The notes under the pieces: generated by a model
Seen by the model: only the letters and a program-made list of their open reading frames with translations
Told to the model about the DNA's origin: nothing
Databases searched by the model: none
Source: Candidatus Omnitrophota bacterium
GTDB taxonomy: Bacteria; Omnitrophota; Gorgyraeia; Gygaellales; Profunditerraquicolaceae
DNA length: 56,564 nt
Direction of reading: 5' to 3'
NCBI GenBank assembly: GCA_041648915.1
Contig: JBAZOC010000003.1
Span: 1-56,564, forward strand
Made by a program: the position numbers and the translations under genes
Shown: positions 37,023-46,059 of the stretch, one piece after another
Numbering within the stretch: position 1 is the first letter of the stretch
Layout of the letters: every line of letters starts with the position of its first letter

Positions 37023-38405
37023 CTATTTTTCAATATATTTTTCCCGCATCGCGGAAAAAAATTCTTTTATAAAAAATAGTAACCCTTCCGGTTTTTTCGC
37101 CAAGCGCAACAATATTTTCCGGATAATTTTTGGATTAAAATAAAACCCTAAATAGAATTTCCTGCGTAAACGGGAAATTTCTGCAGGGCTTAAACGGAAT
37201 GGCCCGCGGCTGACCTTAAAAAGAGCGGTAGTAGGCATTAGCTGCAATTCATTAATACAGATAAAATCAGAGTTAATTTCCAGAGATAATTTCAGGCTCG
37301 CTTTGACATCCATAGCGGTTTCTACCGGAGCGCCGATGATAAACCAGGAGACGATAGCTATGCCCGCCTTTTTAATTAACCGGCACTGCCTTTTTATTAA
37401 ATCTACTGTATAGCCCTTATTATAATAATCCAGGACCTTCTGCGAACCGCTCTCTATTCCCAAAAAAACAGCCCGGCAGCCCGCTTGGGACATCCAAGCC
37501 AGCACTTCCTTATCCAGGGTATCGATCCTGCTCAAACATGTCCAATTTAACCTTAAGCTATTATCAATTATGCCCTTGCATATCTTGATAATCCTGTTTT
37601 TATCTATGGTAAAATTATCGTCCATAAACCTGATATTACGGATATGCTGGTCAGCAACAACCTGTTTCAATTCACCTATAACATTCTCTGCAGAGCGCTG
37701 CCGGAAAACCCGGCCATAAAAATTAACGCAAAAAGAACAATTATAAGGGCAGCCCCTGGAAGTAATTAAGCTGGTCATGGGTTTTTTCAAAAAGGGGTCG
37801 GCATAACAATCATTTCTTAACAGCCTTCTGTCGGGAAACGGCAAAGAATCCAGATCCATATCGTTCTTTCTGTTTTCGTTTACCGTAATCTTGCCGTTAT
37901 CATTTATAGCTAGCCCCCTTATGCGGCTCAAATCCTTATTCCCGGCCAGAATAGCGGCAGATAATTCCATAAATGTCGCTTCCGGTTCACCCATAATAAT
38001 ATAGTCTATTAGAGGGAACTTTTGAAAGATGTCCCTATAATACAGAGTCGGTAAATAACCAAAGCTGATTATCCGGCAGTCTGCATTCAAATTTTCCTTG
38101 ATTTTAGATATAGTTTTCAAGTCTTCTTCCAAGGATTCAAAACCCGGCATAAAAATCAGGGCCCTAATCCGATACCCCTTTAATGCACTTACTACTTCCT
38201 TAAGCGATAACCTTTCGGCTATCCCATCGATAAAAATCAACTTTATATCTTGTGTGTCTGTCATCAGGGAGGCTAAAGAAAGGAGTTCCGAGGGCGGAAA
38301 TAGATACGCGCAACGCCGAGGCGAACAGCGCAGTTTTCTTTGAATAATATATTTATAAGGCGGGTTAAGAAAAACAACTGCTTCTGGCAATATCCGATAG
38401 TGCAT
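37023..38405 (-). CDS. B12-binding-domain radical SAM enzyme
   Basis: 460 aa. VVFLNPPYKY N-domain; TSRGCPYNCSFCVN. Confidence 0.8.
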   Translation of the reverse strand: MHYRILPEAVVFLNPPYKYIIQRKLRCSPRRCAYLFPPSELLSLASLMTDTQDIKLIFIDGIAERLSLKEVVSALKGYRIRALIFMPGFESLEEDLKTISKIKENLNADCRIISFGYLPTLYYRDIFQKFPLIDYIIMGEPEATFMELSAAILAGNKDLSRIRGLAINDNGKITVNENRKNDMDLDSLPFPDRRLLRNDCYADPFLKKPMTSLITSRGCPYNCSFCVNFYGRVFRQRSAENVIGELKQVVADQHIRNIRFMDDNFTIDKNRIIKICKGIIDNSLRLNWTCLSRIDTLDKEVLAWMSQAGCRAVFLGIESGSQKVLDYYNKGYTVDLIKRQCRLIKKAGIAIVSWFIIGAPVETAMDVKASLKLSLEINSDFICINELQLMPTTALFKVSRGPFRLSPAEISRLRRKFYLGFYFNPKIIRKILLRLAKKPEGLLFFIKEFFSAMREKYIEK

Positions 38406-38414
38406 TATCCGGTC

Positions 38415-39545
38415 TTATCCTTTGTTTCTCCTCAAAGCCTCTTTTATCTTTACGCTTATATAATTTAAATCTCTTTTTAAAAGTCTGGGGTAGAGAGGCA
38501 AGGTAACGATACTGGAGGAAACTTCTTCGGTAACGGGAAGACGCTCCCCGGGATACAGATAACTCCGGTATAATTTCTGCTTATGCAGAGGAGGATAGAA
38601 ATGAACACTCGCCTCGATTCCTTTTTTCCTGAGATAACCTACAAATAAATCCCTATTTAATCCATGATCGGGCTTCAGTTTAACCGTATACATTTGATAA
38701 ACATGGTGACAGCGCGAATCTTCAAAAGGCAACCTTAACTCCCCGCACTCTTTTAAATTCTTGCTAAGATACCGGGCCAGCTCGCGCCTTTGATTATTCA
38801 TAATTTCTATTTTAGCAAGCTGAGTAACTGCTATGGCTGCTAATATATTAGCCATCCTGCAGTTATATCCCGGATATCTTGCCTCTCTCAGCCAATTTTT
38901 ACTTCTTCGCGAAAATGCAAACCTCTCAATTCCATGCGAAGAATAAGCTAAAATCTTATCCCGGATATGCCTGCTGTTCGTCGTGACCATGCCCCCCTCT
39001 CCGCAGGTGATATTTTTAGTAGAAAAAAACGAAAAACAACCGGTTCCGAAAGAACCGGTTGTTTTATTTTTAAACCTGGCGCCTAATGCTTCGGCCGAAT
39101 CCTCAATAACGCTAAGGCCGTACTTCCTGGCTAGAGCAAGTATCCTGGCCATATCGCAACTTTGCCCGGCATAATGCACCGGCATTATAGCCACGGTCTT
39201 TTTATTAATCAGCGCTTCAATCTTCCGGGGATCAATATTACAGGATCCATACTCGATATCCGCAAAACGGGGTGTGCAACCGGCGTTGATTACGGCATTT
39301 GCCGAAGCTACAAAAGTAAAGCTAGGCAGTATAATCTCCCCTTTTAACTCCTGGGCTTGTATGGCTAGCTGTAAAGCTGAAGCACAGGAATTAAGTGAAA
39401 CGGCGTATTTAACTCCGATAAACTCCGCAAATTTATTTTCAAATTCCTTTACTTTCTCTCCGCCCGACAACCATCCGGACTTTAAAACCCGGGCTACCGA
39501 ACGTATCTCCCGATAATCAATACACGGCCGGGATAGATAAATCAT
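38415..39545 (-). CDS. DegT/DnrJ/EryC1/StrS-family PLP-dependent sugar aminotransferase (ArnB-like)
   Basis: 376 aa. Fold-type I pattern with SFFSTKNITCGEGGM (PLP lysine). AAGGA Shine-Dalgarno before the ATG at 39545. Confidence 0.9.
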   Translation of the reverse strand: MIYLSRPCIDYREIRSVARVLKSGWLSGGEKVKEFENKFAEFIGVKYAVSLNSCASALQLAIQAQELKGEIILPSFTFVASANAVINAGCTPRFADIEYGSCNIDPRKIEALINKKTVAIMPVHYAGQSCDMARILALARKYGLSVIEDSAEALGARFKNKTTGSFGTGCFSFFSTKNITCGEGGMVTTNSRHIRDKILAYSSHGIERFAFSRRSKNWLREARYPGYNCRMANILAAIAVTQLAKIEIMNNQRRELARYLSKNLKECGELRLPFEDSRCHHVYQMYTVKLKPDHGLNRDLFVGYLRKKGIEASVHFYPPLHKQKLYRSYLYPGERLPVTEEVSSSIVTLPLYPRLLKRDLNYISVKIKEALRRNKG

Positions 39546-40494
39546 ATTTATCCTTTATTCTTATTAAATCATTTATTAAAACCGGGATCCCCTCTTCTAT
39601 GTCTATAAGCGGACTAAAACCCAACATATCCCTAGCTTTAGAAATATCCAAAGCGCCTCTTAACGGCTTTTCAAATTCTGCGTTTCGATTAATAATCTTT
39701 ACTCCGGGTATGTTTTTTGCGATTAATCCCGCTAATTCAGCTATACTTCTAGACTTGCCCCGGGAAAGGTTAAAAACCTGGTTTTTAGCGTTGTTATTGC
39801 TCAGGACTTTTAAAAAACCCTGGGTTAAATCATCAATCTGGGTAAAATCAAGTTTTTGGTTACCGTGGTTATGGACAACTATTTCTTTCTTTGTTAAAGC
39901 GTCGATTATCATCCGGCAACAGATCCTTTCTAAGCTGCTCCCAAGCCCATAGACAGCTGTAGGCCGGATTATCGTATAATCGATATTGTTCTTCACGCAA
40001 AAATCAGCCGTTATTTGCTCTCCCCTTATCTTGGTTATGCCGTATATATGCCGAGAATCCAAAGGGTGTAATTCATCCGCCGGTTCATAGTGGAAGTTGC
40101 CATAAACATAGCTGGAAGAAACAAAAATAAATCTCCTTACTTCCGTTGCCTGGCTTATTACGGTAAACAGGTTATTTAACCCATCCACATTGATACTTAG
40201 GCATTCTTGGGGAGCTTGCAAGGCCATGTTGGCATCCGAGATAGCCGCCAGATGAATAACCATACCAGGCTGGTATCTCAAAAATACTTCTTTAAGTAAA
40301 CTATAATCTCTAACATCGCCTCTTATGCTGATACGCGCTGGCTCTTGTCCATATAAATCCCGATAAAAAAATGATTTAGCCATAAAATTATCGAAAATAA
40401 CAACCCTCATCCCTACCTGCAAAATATCCCTGGTCAGGTATCTACCGATGAAACCTGCTCCGCCTGTAATCAATACTGTATCCGTATTAATCAA
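39517..40494 (-). CDS. NAD-dependent epimerase/dehydratase (extended SDR)
   Basis: 325 aa. ITGGAGFIGRYL; YGITK (YXXXK). TTG start forming a TTGA overlap with the upstream stop. Confidence 0.9.
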   Translation of the reverse strand: MINTDTVLITGGAGFIGRYLTRDILQVGMRVVIFDNFMAKSFFYRDLYGQEPARISIRGDVRDYSLLKEVFLRYQPGMVIHLAAISDANMALQAPQECLSINVDGLNNLFTVISQATEVRRFIFVSSSYVYGNFHYEPADELHPLDSRHIYGITKIRGEQITADFCVKNNIDYTIIRPTAVYGLGSSLERICCRMIIDALTKKEIVVHNHGNQKLDFTQIDDLTQGFLKVLSNNNAKNQVFNLSRGKSRSIAELAGLIAKNIPGVKIINRNAEFEKPLRGALDISKARDMLGFSPLIDIEEGIPVLINDLIRIKDKYDLSIPAVY

Positions 40495-41198
40495 TTTAAG
40501 TCGTAAGCGCCCTTTTTGAACCTGGAATAAAACGAAAAAAATTCCGGCACCGCTAATACTACTTTTCCTAAGCTATACTTTGACCTCCCCTTTTGTCTCT
40601 TAGCATGCCGGACTTTCACTTCGGCAATCTTAAGTGCGCCTCGCCTTTTAAGGATAGGGACAATATAACGGTGGTCATTAGCGTATAGCTCAAGCCCCTT
40701 AATAAATTTCCCCCTGACAGCGGTAAAATTACTGGCGGCGTCCGCAATGGGAGCCCCCGAAATCAAGCTTACTAAAAAACTAAATAGCTTAGAAGATAAT
40801 TTCAAAAAGAGCCTTTCTTTCCTTTCCAACCGTATGCCGTTTACTAAGTCATACCCCTCATTCATCTTGTTTAAAAAAAGGGGCAAATCTTCCGGCCAGG
40901 CCTGTAAATCCGCATCCATGGTAATGATTATATCTCCACTTGCCGAATTAAACCCGGAACTTAAAGCTGCTGCCTGCCCCATTTTTCTGCCGTGAGTTAT
41001 TAACCTTAAACCGGCATATACTTCTAATAACCTGTTGATAATCTCATTTGCGCTATCCGTGCTGGCGTCATCCACTATAATCACTTCCACTGCACTTGTA
41101 TCATAAAGTCCGGCTAAGGCCTTGAATGTCCTCCCGACTAATTCTTCCAGGTTATCCTTTTCATTACGGAATGGACAAATAACGCTTACTGCTTTCAT
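40491..41198 (-). CDS. GT2 polyprenol-phosphate glycosyltransferase-like (ArnC/DPM1 type)
   Basis: 235 aa. VSVICPFRNEKDNL; IVDDASTDS; MDADLQ. Confidence 0.85.
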   Translation of the reverse strand: MKAVSVICPFRNEKDNLEELVGRTFKALAGLYDTSAVEVIIVDDASTDSANEIINRLLEVYAGLRLITHGRKMGQAAALSSGFNSASGDIIITMDADLQAWPEDLPLFLNKMNEGYDLVNGIRLERKERLFLKLSSKLFSFLVSLISGAPIADAASNFTAVRGKFIKGLELYANDHRYIVPILKRRGALKIAEVKVRHAKRQKGRSKYSLGKVVLAVPEFFSFYSRFKKGAYDLN

Positions 41199-41207
41199 AA
41201 TTAAGCT

Positions 41208-42791
41208 TTACCGAGCCTGACTCCTATTTTCAACCGAGTATAGATATACCTGTATACCGCTGAATCTCCGGAAATTTTCCTGTAGGCAACGTTTCTCAAA
41301 CCAATCATTTATAAACATAAACTGGTCAGGGCTCTCCCAATGAGAGAGAATCAACCATATCCTGCGCTGGCCATCAATAAATTTATCGCGCTCCTGGCTT
41401 GCAAAGAATCTTCTGTCCTTATAGAAAGCAAACTCCTGGCGGTTCAAGTTATGGATAATTAATGAAGTATTCTGCCTGTCATCAATAAGTGACTCCATCA
41501 TGAATTGATACGTCGATAATGAATCTTTATTCAAAAAATCCTTTTTACCGTTTTCGTCAAAGTAATAGGCCAGCGGTAATATAGAGGATTCAGAGGTATG
41601 CATAACTAAATCCCCCTGTCGGTAATTATCCTTCAAAAAATAAGCGGCTTTTTTGAATTCTTTCTTGGGGTTAGTCCCCAGCCTCTCCGAGATATCACAG
41701 ATAATGTTATTGGAATAATAATTGCTCAAAGAAAGGGCCGCTATAAAACTACAGGCCAGAAGAGACATAAAAATCAGTCTCTTATCCAACCTGCTTATGG
41801 CAAAACCGGTTATAAGATATAAAAATACGATGGAAAACGGGATATATCTTTCGGAATAAAGTGCCCTGAATTTTGAAAAAAAGAATAAAGACAGAATCGG
41901 AATCAGTAAAAAAGCCGGCAGCATATACCATCCTTTTTTATGCTGCCCGGATAAATCTACTGTTCCCTTTAGGGCCAATAAACCGCAAAAAACAGCTCCT
42001 AGTGTCCGGACATTATCTGAAGCATAATATCCCGCGACAAAATTTTTAAGGCTATAGAATAAATTAATGAAGGACACCGAATCAATAAATGGCGAAAAGT
42101 GACGGTAGTTCCTAGTCAGATCCAACATAATTATAAAATGCTTAGTAACGAAGTAAAGCCAGGGGATTAATAAGATTAACTGGATAAATTGAAACAGTAA
42201 TACTTCTTTGACCCTTTTTTTTCCGGCGATAGGGATAATTAATAATGACTGGATTAGCGGTATAAAAATTGAAGTATAAACCAAATAGACACTCGAGACA
42301 TTGGCCAGGATATTAACCGCCCAGAATGAAAATGAACTTTTTCCCAATAACCTGACGTAGGAATAAGTAGATATAAGGACAAGGAGTATTAACAAGGAAG
42401 AGGGGCGTAATTCTTGGGAATAATGTATGGCGAATGGCGAGATGCTTAACAGAAAAGCGCAGATAATACCGGCCTTTTTGTTAAAGAGGGCTGTGCCTGT
42501 TAGGTAAATCAGGCCGACCGAGACTACTGCGCATACTACAGAGGAAAACCGTAATACTGAGGGGGCATCGCCTAAAACCCGCCAATATGACAATAATAAG
42601 TTGTATAGCGGCTGAAAGGGAGGAAAATTAGCGCTCAAATACCAAAAATTGCTTATTTCAACTTTTGCCAAACTGGTTATCTCGTCATGCCACAGGTCGT
42701 ACCTTGCCAGGCCCAATATCCTTAATATTAAAGCTAACAGGCCGACAAGAATAATCCCCAGCTTGTCACGGGATAATAAAAACTCTTTCAT
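41208..42791 (-). CDS. GT-C fold membrane glycosyltransferase (ArnT/PMT-like)
   Basis: 527 aa. YDLWHDEITS; ISPFAIHYSQELRPSS. About 11 TM segments plus a soluble C-terminus. Confidence 0.7.
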   Translation of the reverse strand: MKEFLLSRDKLGIILVGLLALILRILGLARYDLWHDEITSLAKVEISNFWYLSANFPPFQPLYNLLLSYWRVLGDAPSVLRFSSVVCAVVSVGLIYLTGTALFNKKAGIICAFLLSISPFAIHYSQELRPSSLLILLVLISTYSYVRLLGKSSFSFWAVNILANVSSVYLVYTSIFIPLIQSLLIIPIAGKKRVKEVLLFQFIQLILLIPWLYFVTKHFIIMLDLTRNYRHFSPFIDSVSFINLFYSLKNFVAGYYASDNVRTLGAVFCGLLALKGTVDLSGQHKKGWYMLPAFLLIPILSLFFFSKFRALYSERYIPFSIVFLYLITGFAISRLDKRLIFMSLLACSFIAALSLSNYYSNNIICDISERLGTNPKKEFKKAAYFLKDNYRQGDLVMHTSESSILPLAYYFDENGKKDFLNKDSLSTYQFMMESLIDDRQNTSLIIHNLNRQEFAFYKDRRFFASQERDKFIDGQRRIWLILSHWESPDQFMFINDWFEKRCLQENFRRFSGIQVYLYSVENRSQAR

Positions 42792-42834
42792 ATCGAATCA
42801 CTGCACTCCCCTAAATTGCCGCGCTACAATCATA

Positions 42835-43515
42835 TTAGAATACGCGCGCAGCCTGCTTAATCTCCTCTTTATTCGCAATATCCGGATCTTGGGCAATTTG
42901 CTCTAACAGTTTTACGTTGTCTTTCGTCCTTTTTAAAAAATCCTTGTTTCTTTGGTCCTGCGGCTTAAATGACCTTAAGAACTCTTTAAATAGCTCCCTT
43001 CCTTCTGCATACTTACCGAGCTGATAGTTGGCAAGGGCCATACAAGCCAAAGCATGTGCCTCCCCAGGGGATAGCTTCAAGATCTTCTGGCAATATTTCA
43101 AAGCCTGTTCATCCTGGCCCAGGACATAATACAGCACTGCGATATTGCTATAGAGCATGATATTACCAGGTTCAATTTCTACAGCTTTTTTTAATTCACC
43201 TATTGCCTCTTCGTATCTATTTTCCTTGCGTAACTGCTTAGCCCTCTCAAGAAGAGGATAAACTGACTGGTTTTTTATCAAAGATTTTTCCTCTTCGCTG
43301 ACAGGAACCCTTTTAACCTCTTTTACATCTGGCGAGTAATATGTGAGGGGTATCCCCGCAGAATCTATCTTCACATACTCCGGGGTTTCTTCCAAAATCG
43401 TGCCTTCTATTACATTTCCATTTTCCAATACTACCTCATCTGCAAAAGAGAATGCGAGCAAGCAAAACCCAGAGAGAAGCAGAACAGCTAATATAGTTAT
43501 TATCCCGGTGCGCAT
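42835..43515 (-). CDS. Secreted or periplasmic TPR-repeat protein
   Basis: 226 aa. Signal-like MRTGIITILAVLLLSGFCLLAF. Three or more TPR-like repeats (EEAIGELKKAVEIEP..., ALKYCQKILKLSP...). AAGGAGGG Shine-Dalgarno. Confidence 0.75.
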   Translation of the reverse strand: MRTGIITILAVLLLSGFCLLAFSFADEVVLENGNVIEGTILEETPEYVKIDSAGIPLTYYSPDVKEVKRVPVSEEEKSLIKNQSVYPLLERAKQLRKENRYEEAIGELKKAVEIEPGNIMLYSNIAVLYYVLGQDEQALKYCQKILKLSPGEAHALACMALANYQLGKYAEGRELFKEFLRSFKPQDQRNKDFLKRTKDNVKLLEQIAQDPDIANKEEIKQAARVF

Positions 43516-43629
43516 AGACCCTCCTTTTTTATCTTACTAAATAAATATTTTGCCTGGCCTATATGGCTATATATTAAAAAGACGGTACGGTTATCATAAA
43601 CTTATAGTATGAACAACTGGTTTAAACCT

Positions 43630-44661
43630 TTAAACTGTATGGCCTAGCATATTCCCATAAGGTATCGGGCACTCAACGCATCCCTCTTGGCCGGCCATCA
43701 CCCCCTCTAAAAACTGCCTTCTTAATTTTACAGGAACACCGGAATTCCTGATTTTAATAATATCCTCTTTTATTATACTACCCAGACAACTCTCTCTTCT
43801 AATCTTGCGGTAGGGACTACAACAAGGAACAACCTCGGTATTCCATAAAACTACCAGGGAAGACCAAAGCCACCAACAGGGCTTTCTCCTTATACCGGTT
43901 CTTCTGTAAGCCCTTCTGACATACTTGGGATTTTTTGGCAGAAGATATTTATTCACCGGATATAAGCCGAGCGGCTTGAACTCCAAAGTATCTACCCCTA
44001 AGCCCTTAGCTATATTTTTTATCTCTGCTATTTCATGCTCATTATGCTCCATGACTAGAAACTGCAGGTTAACTCTAGGCCAAGAGGCTTGAAGCTCCCT
44101 CTTGGCATTAATTACTGCTTGAATATTCTGGAAGATGCCCGCGAGCTCTCCTTTTTGCCTATACCGCCGATAGGTCTCCTGAGATGCACCGTCTATCGAA
44201 ACAGTCAATAAGTCTAAACCGCTGGAGACTATCCTGCAGGCATCTTCTTTTCTAAAATGCTGAAAATTACTGCTAAGATAGGTAGCCATCTTATTTAAAT
44301 GCGCGTAATTTATCATATCATAAATACTGTCGTTTAACAGCGGTTCGCCCGTAAAATGCAAAGCTATCATAAAAGCATAATCTTTATTTATATCGATTAT
44401 TTTTTTAAAATTATCCAGGCCCATCTGTCCTAGCGGATAAGCAGTATTATCCCTGGAACAATATTCGCATCCGGCATCACATTGGTTCGTCGTATCTATT
44501 TTAATAAAATAAGGCTTCCCGTTAATCAATACTCTCTTTAGCCTTCTGTCAATTTCGACTTTAAGCATATTGATAATTTTTTTAAAGGTGCAATATTTCG
44601 TAAATAGAGTTAAACCGCGCATAAACCTGTTCAAAACTAATCTAGATTCGATAGTAAGCAT
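43630..44661 (-). CDS. Radical SAM / SPASM-domain enzyme (paralog family 2)
   Basis: 343 aa. DTTNQCDAGCEYCS; FTGEPLLN; CWWLWSSLVVLWNTEVVPCC...CVECPIPYG. Confidence 0.85.
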   Translation of the reverse strand: MLTIESRLVLNRFMRGLTLFTKYCTFKKIINMLKVEIDRRLKRVLINGKPYFIKIDTTNQCDAGCEYCSRDNTAYPLGQMGLDNFKKIIDINKDYAFMIALHFTGEPLLNDSIYDMINYAHLNKMATYLSSNFQHFRKEDACRIVSSGLDLLTVSIDGASQETYRRYRQKGELAGIFQNIQAVINAKRELQASWPRVNLQFLVMEHNEHEIAEIKNIAKGLGVDTLEFKPLGLYPVNKYLLPKNPKYVRRAYRRTGIRRKPCWWLWSSLVVLWNTEVVPCCSPYRKIRRESCLGSIIKEDIIKIRNSGVPVKLRRQFLEGVMAGQEGCVECPIPYGNMLGHTV

Positions 44662-44681
44662 ATAACTTCCGTTTCTGATAA

Positions 44682-46049
44682 CTAATACCTGCTTTTCCCA
44701 AAATGCGCTACTAATTCATTCCAACTAAACCTGATTAAGAAATTGAGCCCGCTAAAAGACCCGATTCTTGTAAAATTCCTGATTAAGTAAGCTGGTCTCA
44801 AATAAAATTTAAGATATGATCTTCTAACCTGGCTCTTGAGTTGTTCAATAGGGAATATTTTCCCCTCCTTCTTGCTATAAGCATCGTAAATAATGCTTCC
44901 GGGGAAAAAGAAGATTTCGTTAATATTAATAAAGTCAAGGTCAAGTTCTAAAGCAAAGGGCAATATATTTCTCATCGAATCTATGGTATCCCCGGGCAAG
45001 CCATAAATAAAAAGCCCCAGTACTTCCAGCCCCGCCCTTTTCGCAAGCTTAGCTGCCTGCCTGGATTGCTCCAGTCTAATCCCCTTATTAATTATATCCA
45101 GCATAGCCTGAGAGCAACTTTCAAAACCAAAAGTTATTTGGTAACAGCCCGCCTTACGCATTAAAAATAATAATTCCTTATCGACTAAATCGACTCTGGT
45201 CTGGACCCGCCATAGAATATCAATATTATGCGTAATTAAATAATCGCAAATCCTATGAATAAATTCTCTATCCGCAGTAAAGGTCTGGTCTCTAAAAAAA
45301 ATCTCCCTTATCTTATACCTGTATACAACCTCTTTAATCTCTTCGATAACCGAATCAAAATCCCTGAATCTCAATTGGCCTAAGGTATAAAGATTAGCAT
45401 GGCAGAAGGTACATTGACTATGCGGACAGCCCCTGGTAATCGTCATCGGGGTTACCGGGTTACGCCTATTGAAAAAAGCATACCTGTAAATCTGGTTATC
45501 TACTAAATCCCGGGCCGGGATTGGCAATTCCCTAAGATCCAGCAGCCTCCTTGGCCCTATTATAACATTACCTTGTTCCAGGTAAGCGATATTTTCAATA
45601 TAATTCCCTTCTAATATATTCAAAAGGGGAAGCTCCAGTTCTCCTAAAGCAACGAAATCTGCGCTTCCATCGCCAAGCGCCAAAGAAGGGTTATAGGTCA
45701 TGAGGGGACCGGAAAAAATTATTTTTACTCCAGGGACACTCCTCCTAATGAAGGCCGCAAGCATCTTATCTTCTTTCAGGGTTAAATAAGTAGAAGATAT
45801 TAAGACAAATTCGGGGTCTTCTTTTTGTAAAATTTTTAATATCTGCTCGTTTCTAAGGTGTTGGGCATTGGCTTCTATAATTTTAGCTTTATGGCCGTGC
45901 CCTTTCAGATAAGCAGCAGCATACATTAAATCCAGGGGAGGAAAAGGAATATAGCCCGGGAAATTAGCTCCGGTCCAATCCCTTAAATAATGCCTGTGCC
46001 CAAATAAGCCTTTTGGGCAACCCGGAGGATCAATAAGAAGTATCTTCAC
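44682..46049 (-). CDS. B12-binding-domain radical SAM enzyme with CX4CX2C motif
   Basis: 455 aa. MKILLIDPP; TRGCPHSQCTFCHA. GTG start with AAGGA 6 nt upstream. Paralog of 49192..50550. Confidence 0.85.
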   Translation of the reverse strand: MKILLIDPPGCPKGLFGHRHYLRDWTGANFPGYIPFPPLDLMYAAAYLKGHGHKAKIIEANAQHLRNEQILKILQKEDPEFVLISSTYLTLKEDKMLAAFIRRSVPGVKIIFSGPLMTYNPSLALGDGSADFVALGELELPLLNILEGNYIENIAYLEQGNVIIGPRRLLDLRELPIPARDLVDNQIYRYAFFNRRNPVTPMTITRGCPHSQCTFCHANLYTLGQLRFRDFDSVIEEIKEVVYRYKIREIFFRDQTFTADREFIHRICDYLITHNIDILWRVQTRVDLVDKELLFLMRKAGCYQITFGFESCSQAMLDIINKGIRLEQSRQAAKLAKRAGLEVLGLFIYGLPGDTIDSMRNILPFALELDLDFININEIFFFPGSIIYDAYSKKEGKIFPIEQLKSQVRRSYLKFYLRPAYLIRNFTRIGSFSGLNFLIRFSWNELVAHFGKSRY

Positions 46050-46059
46050 TGTTTATCCT

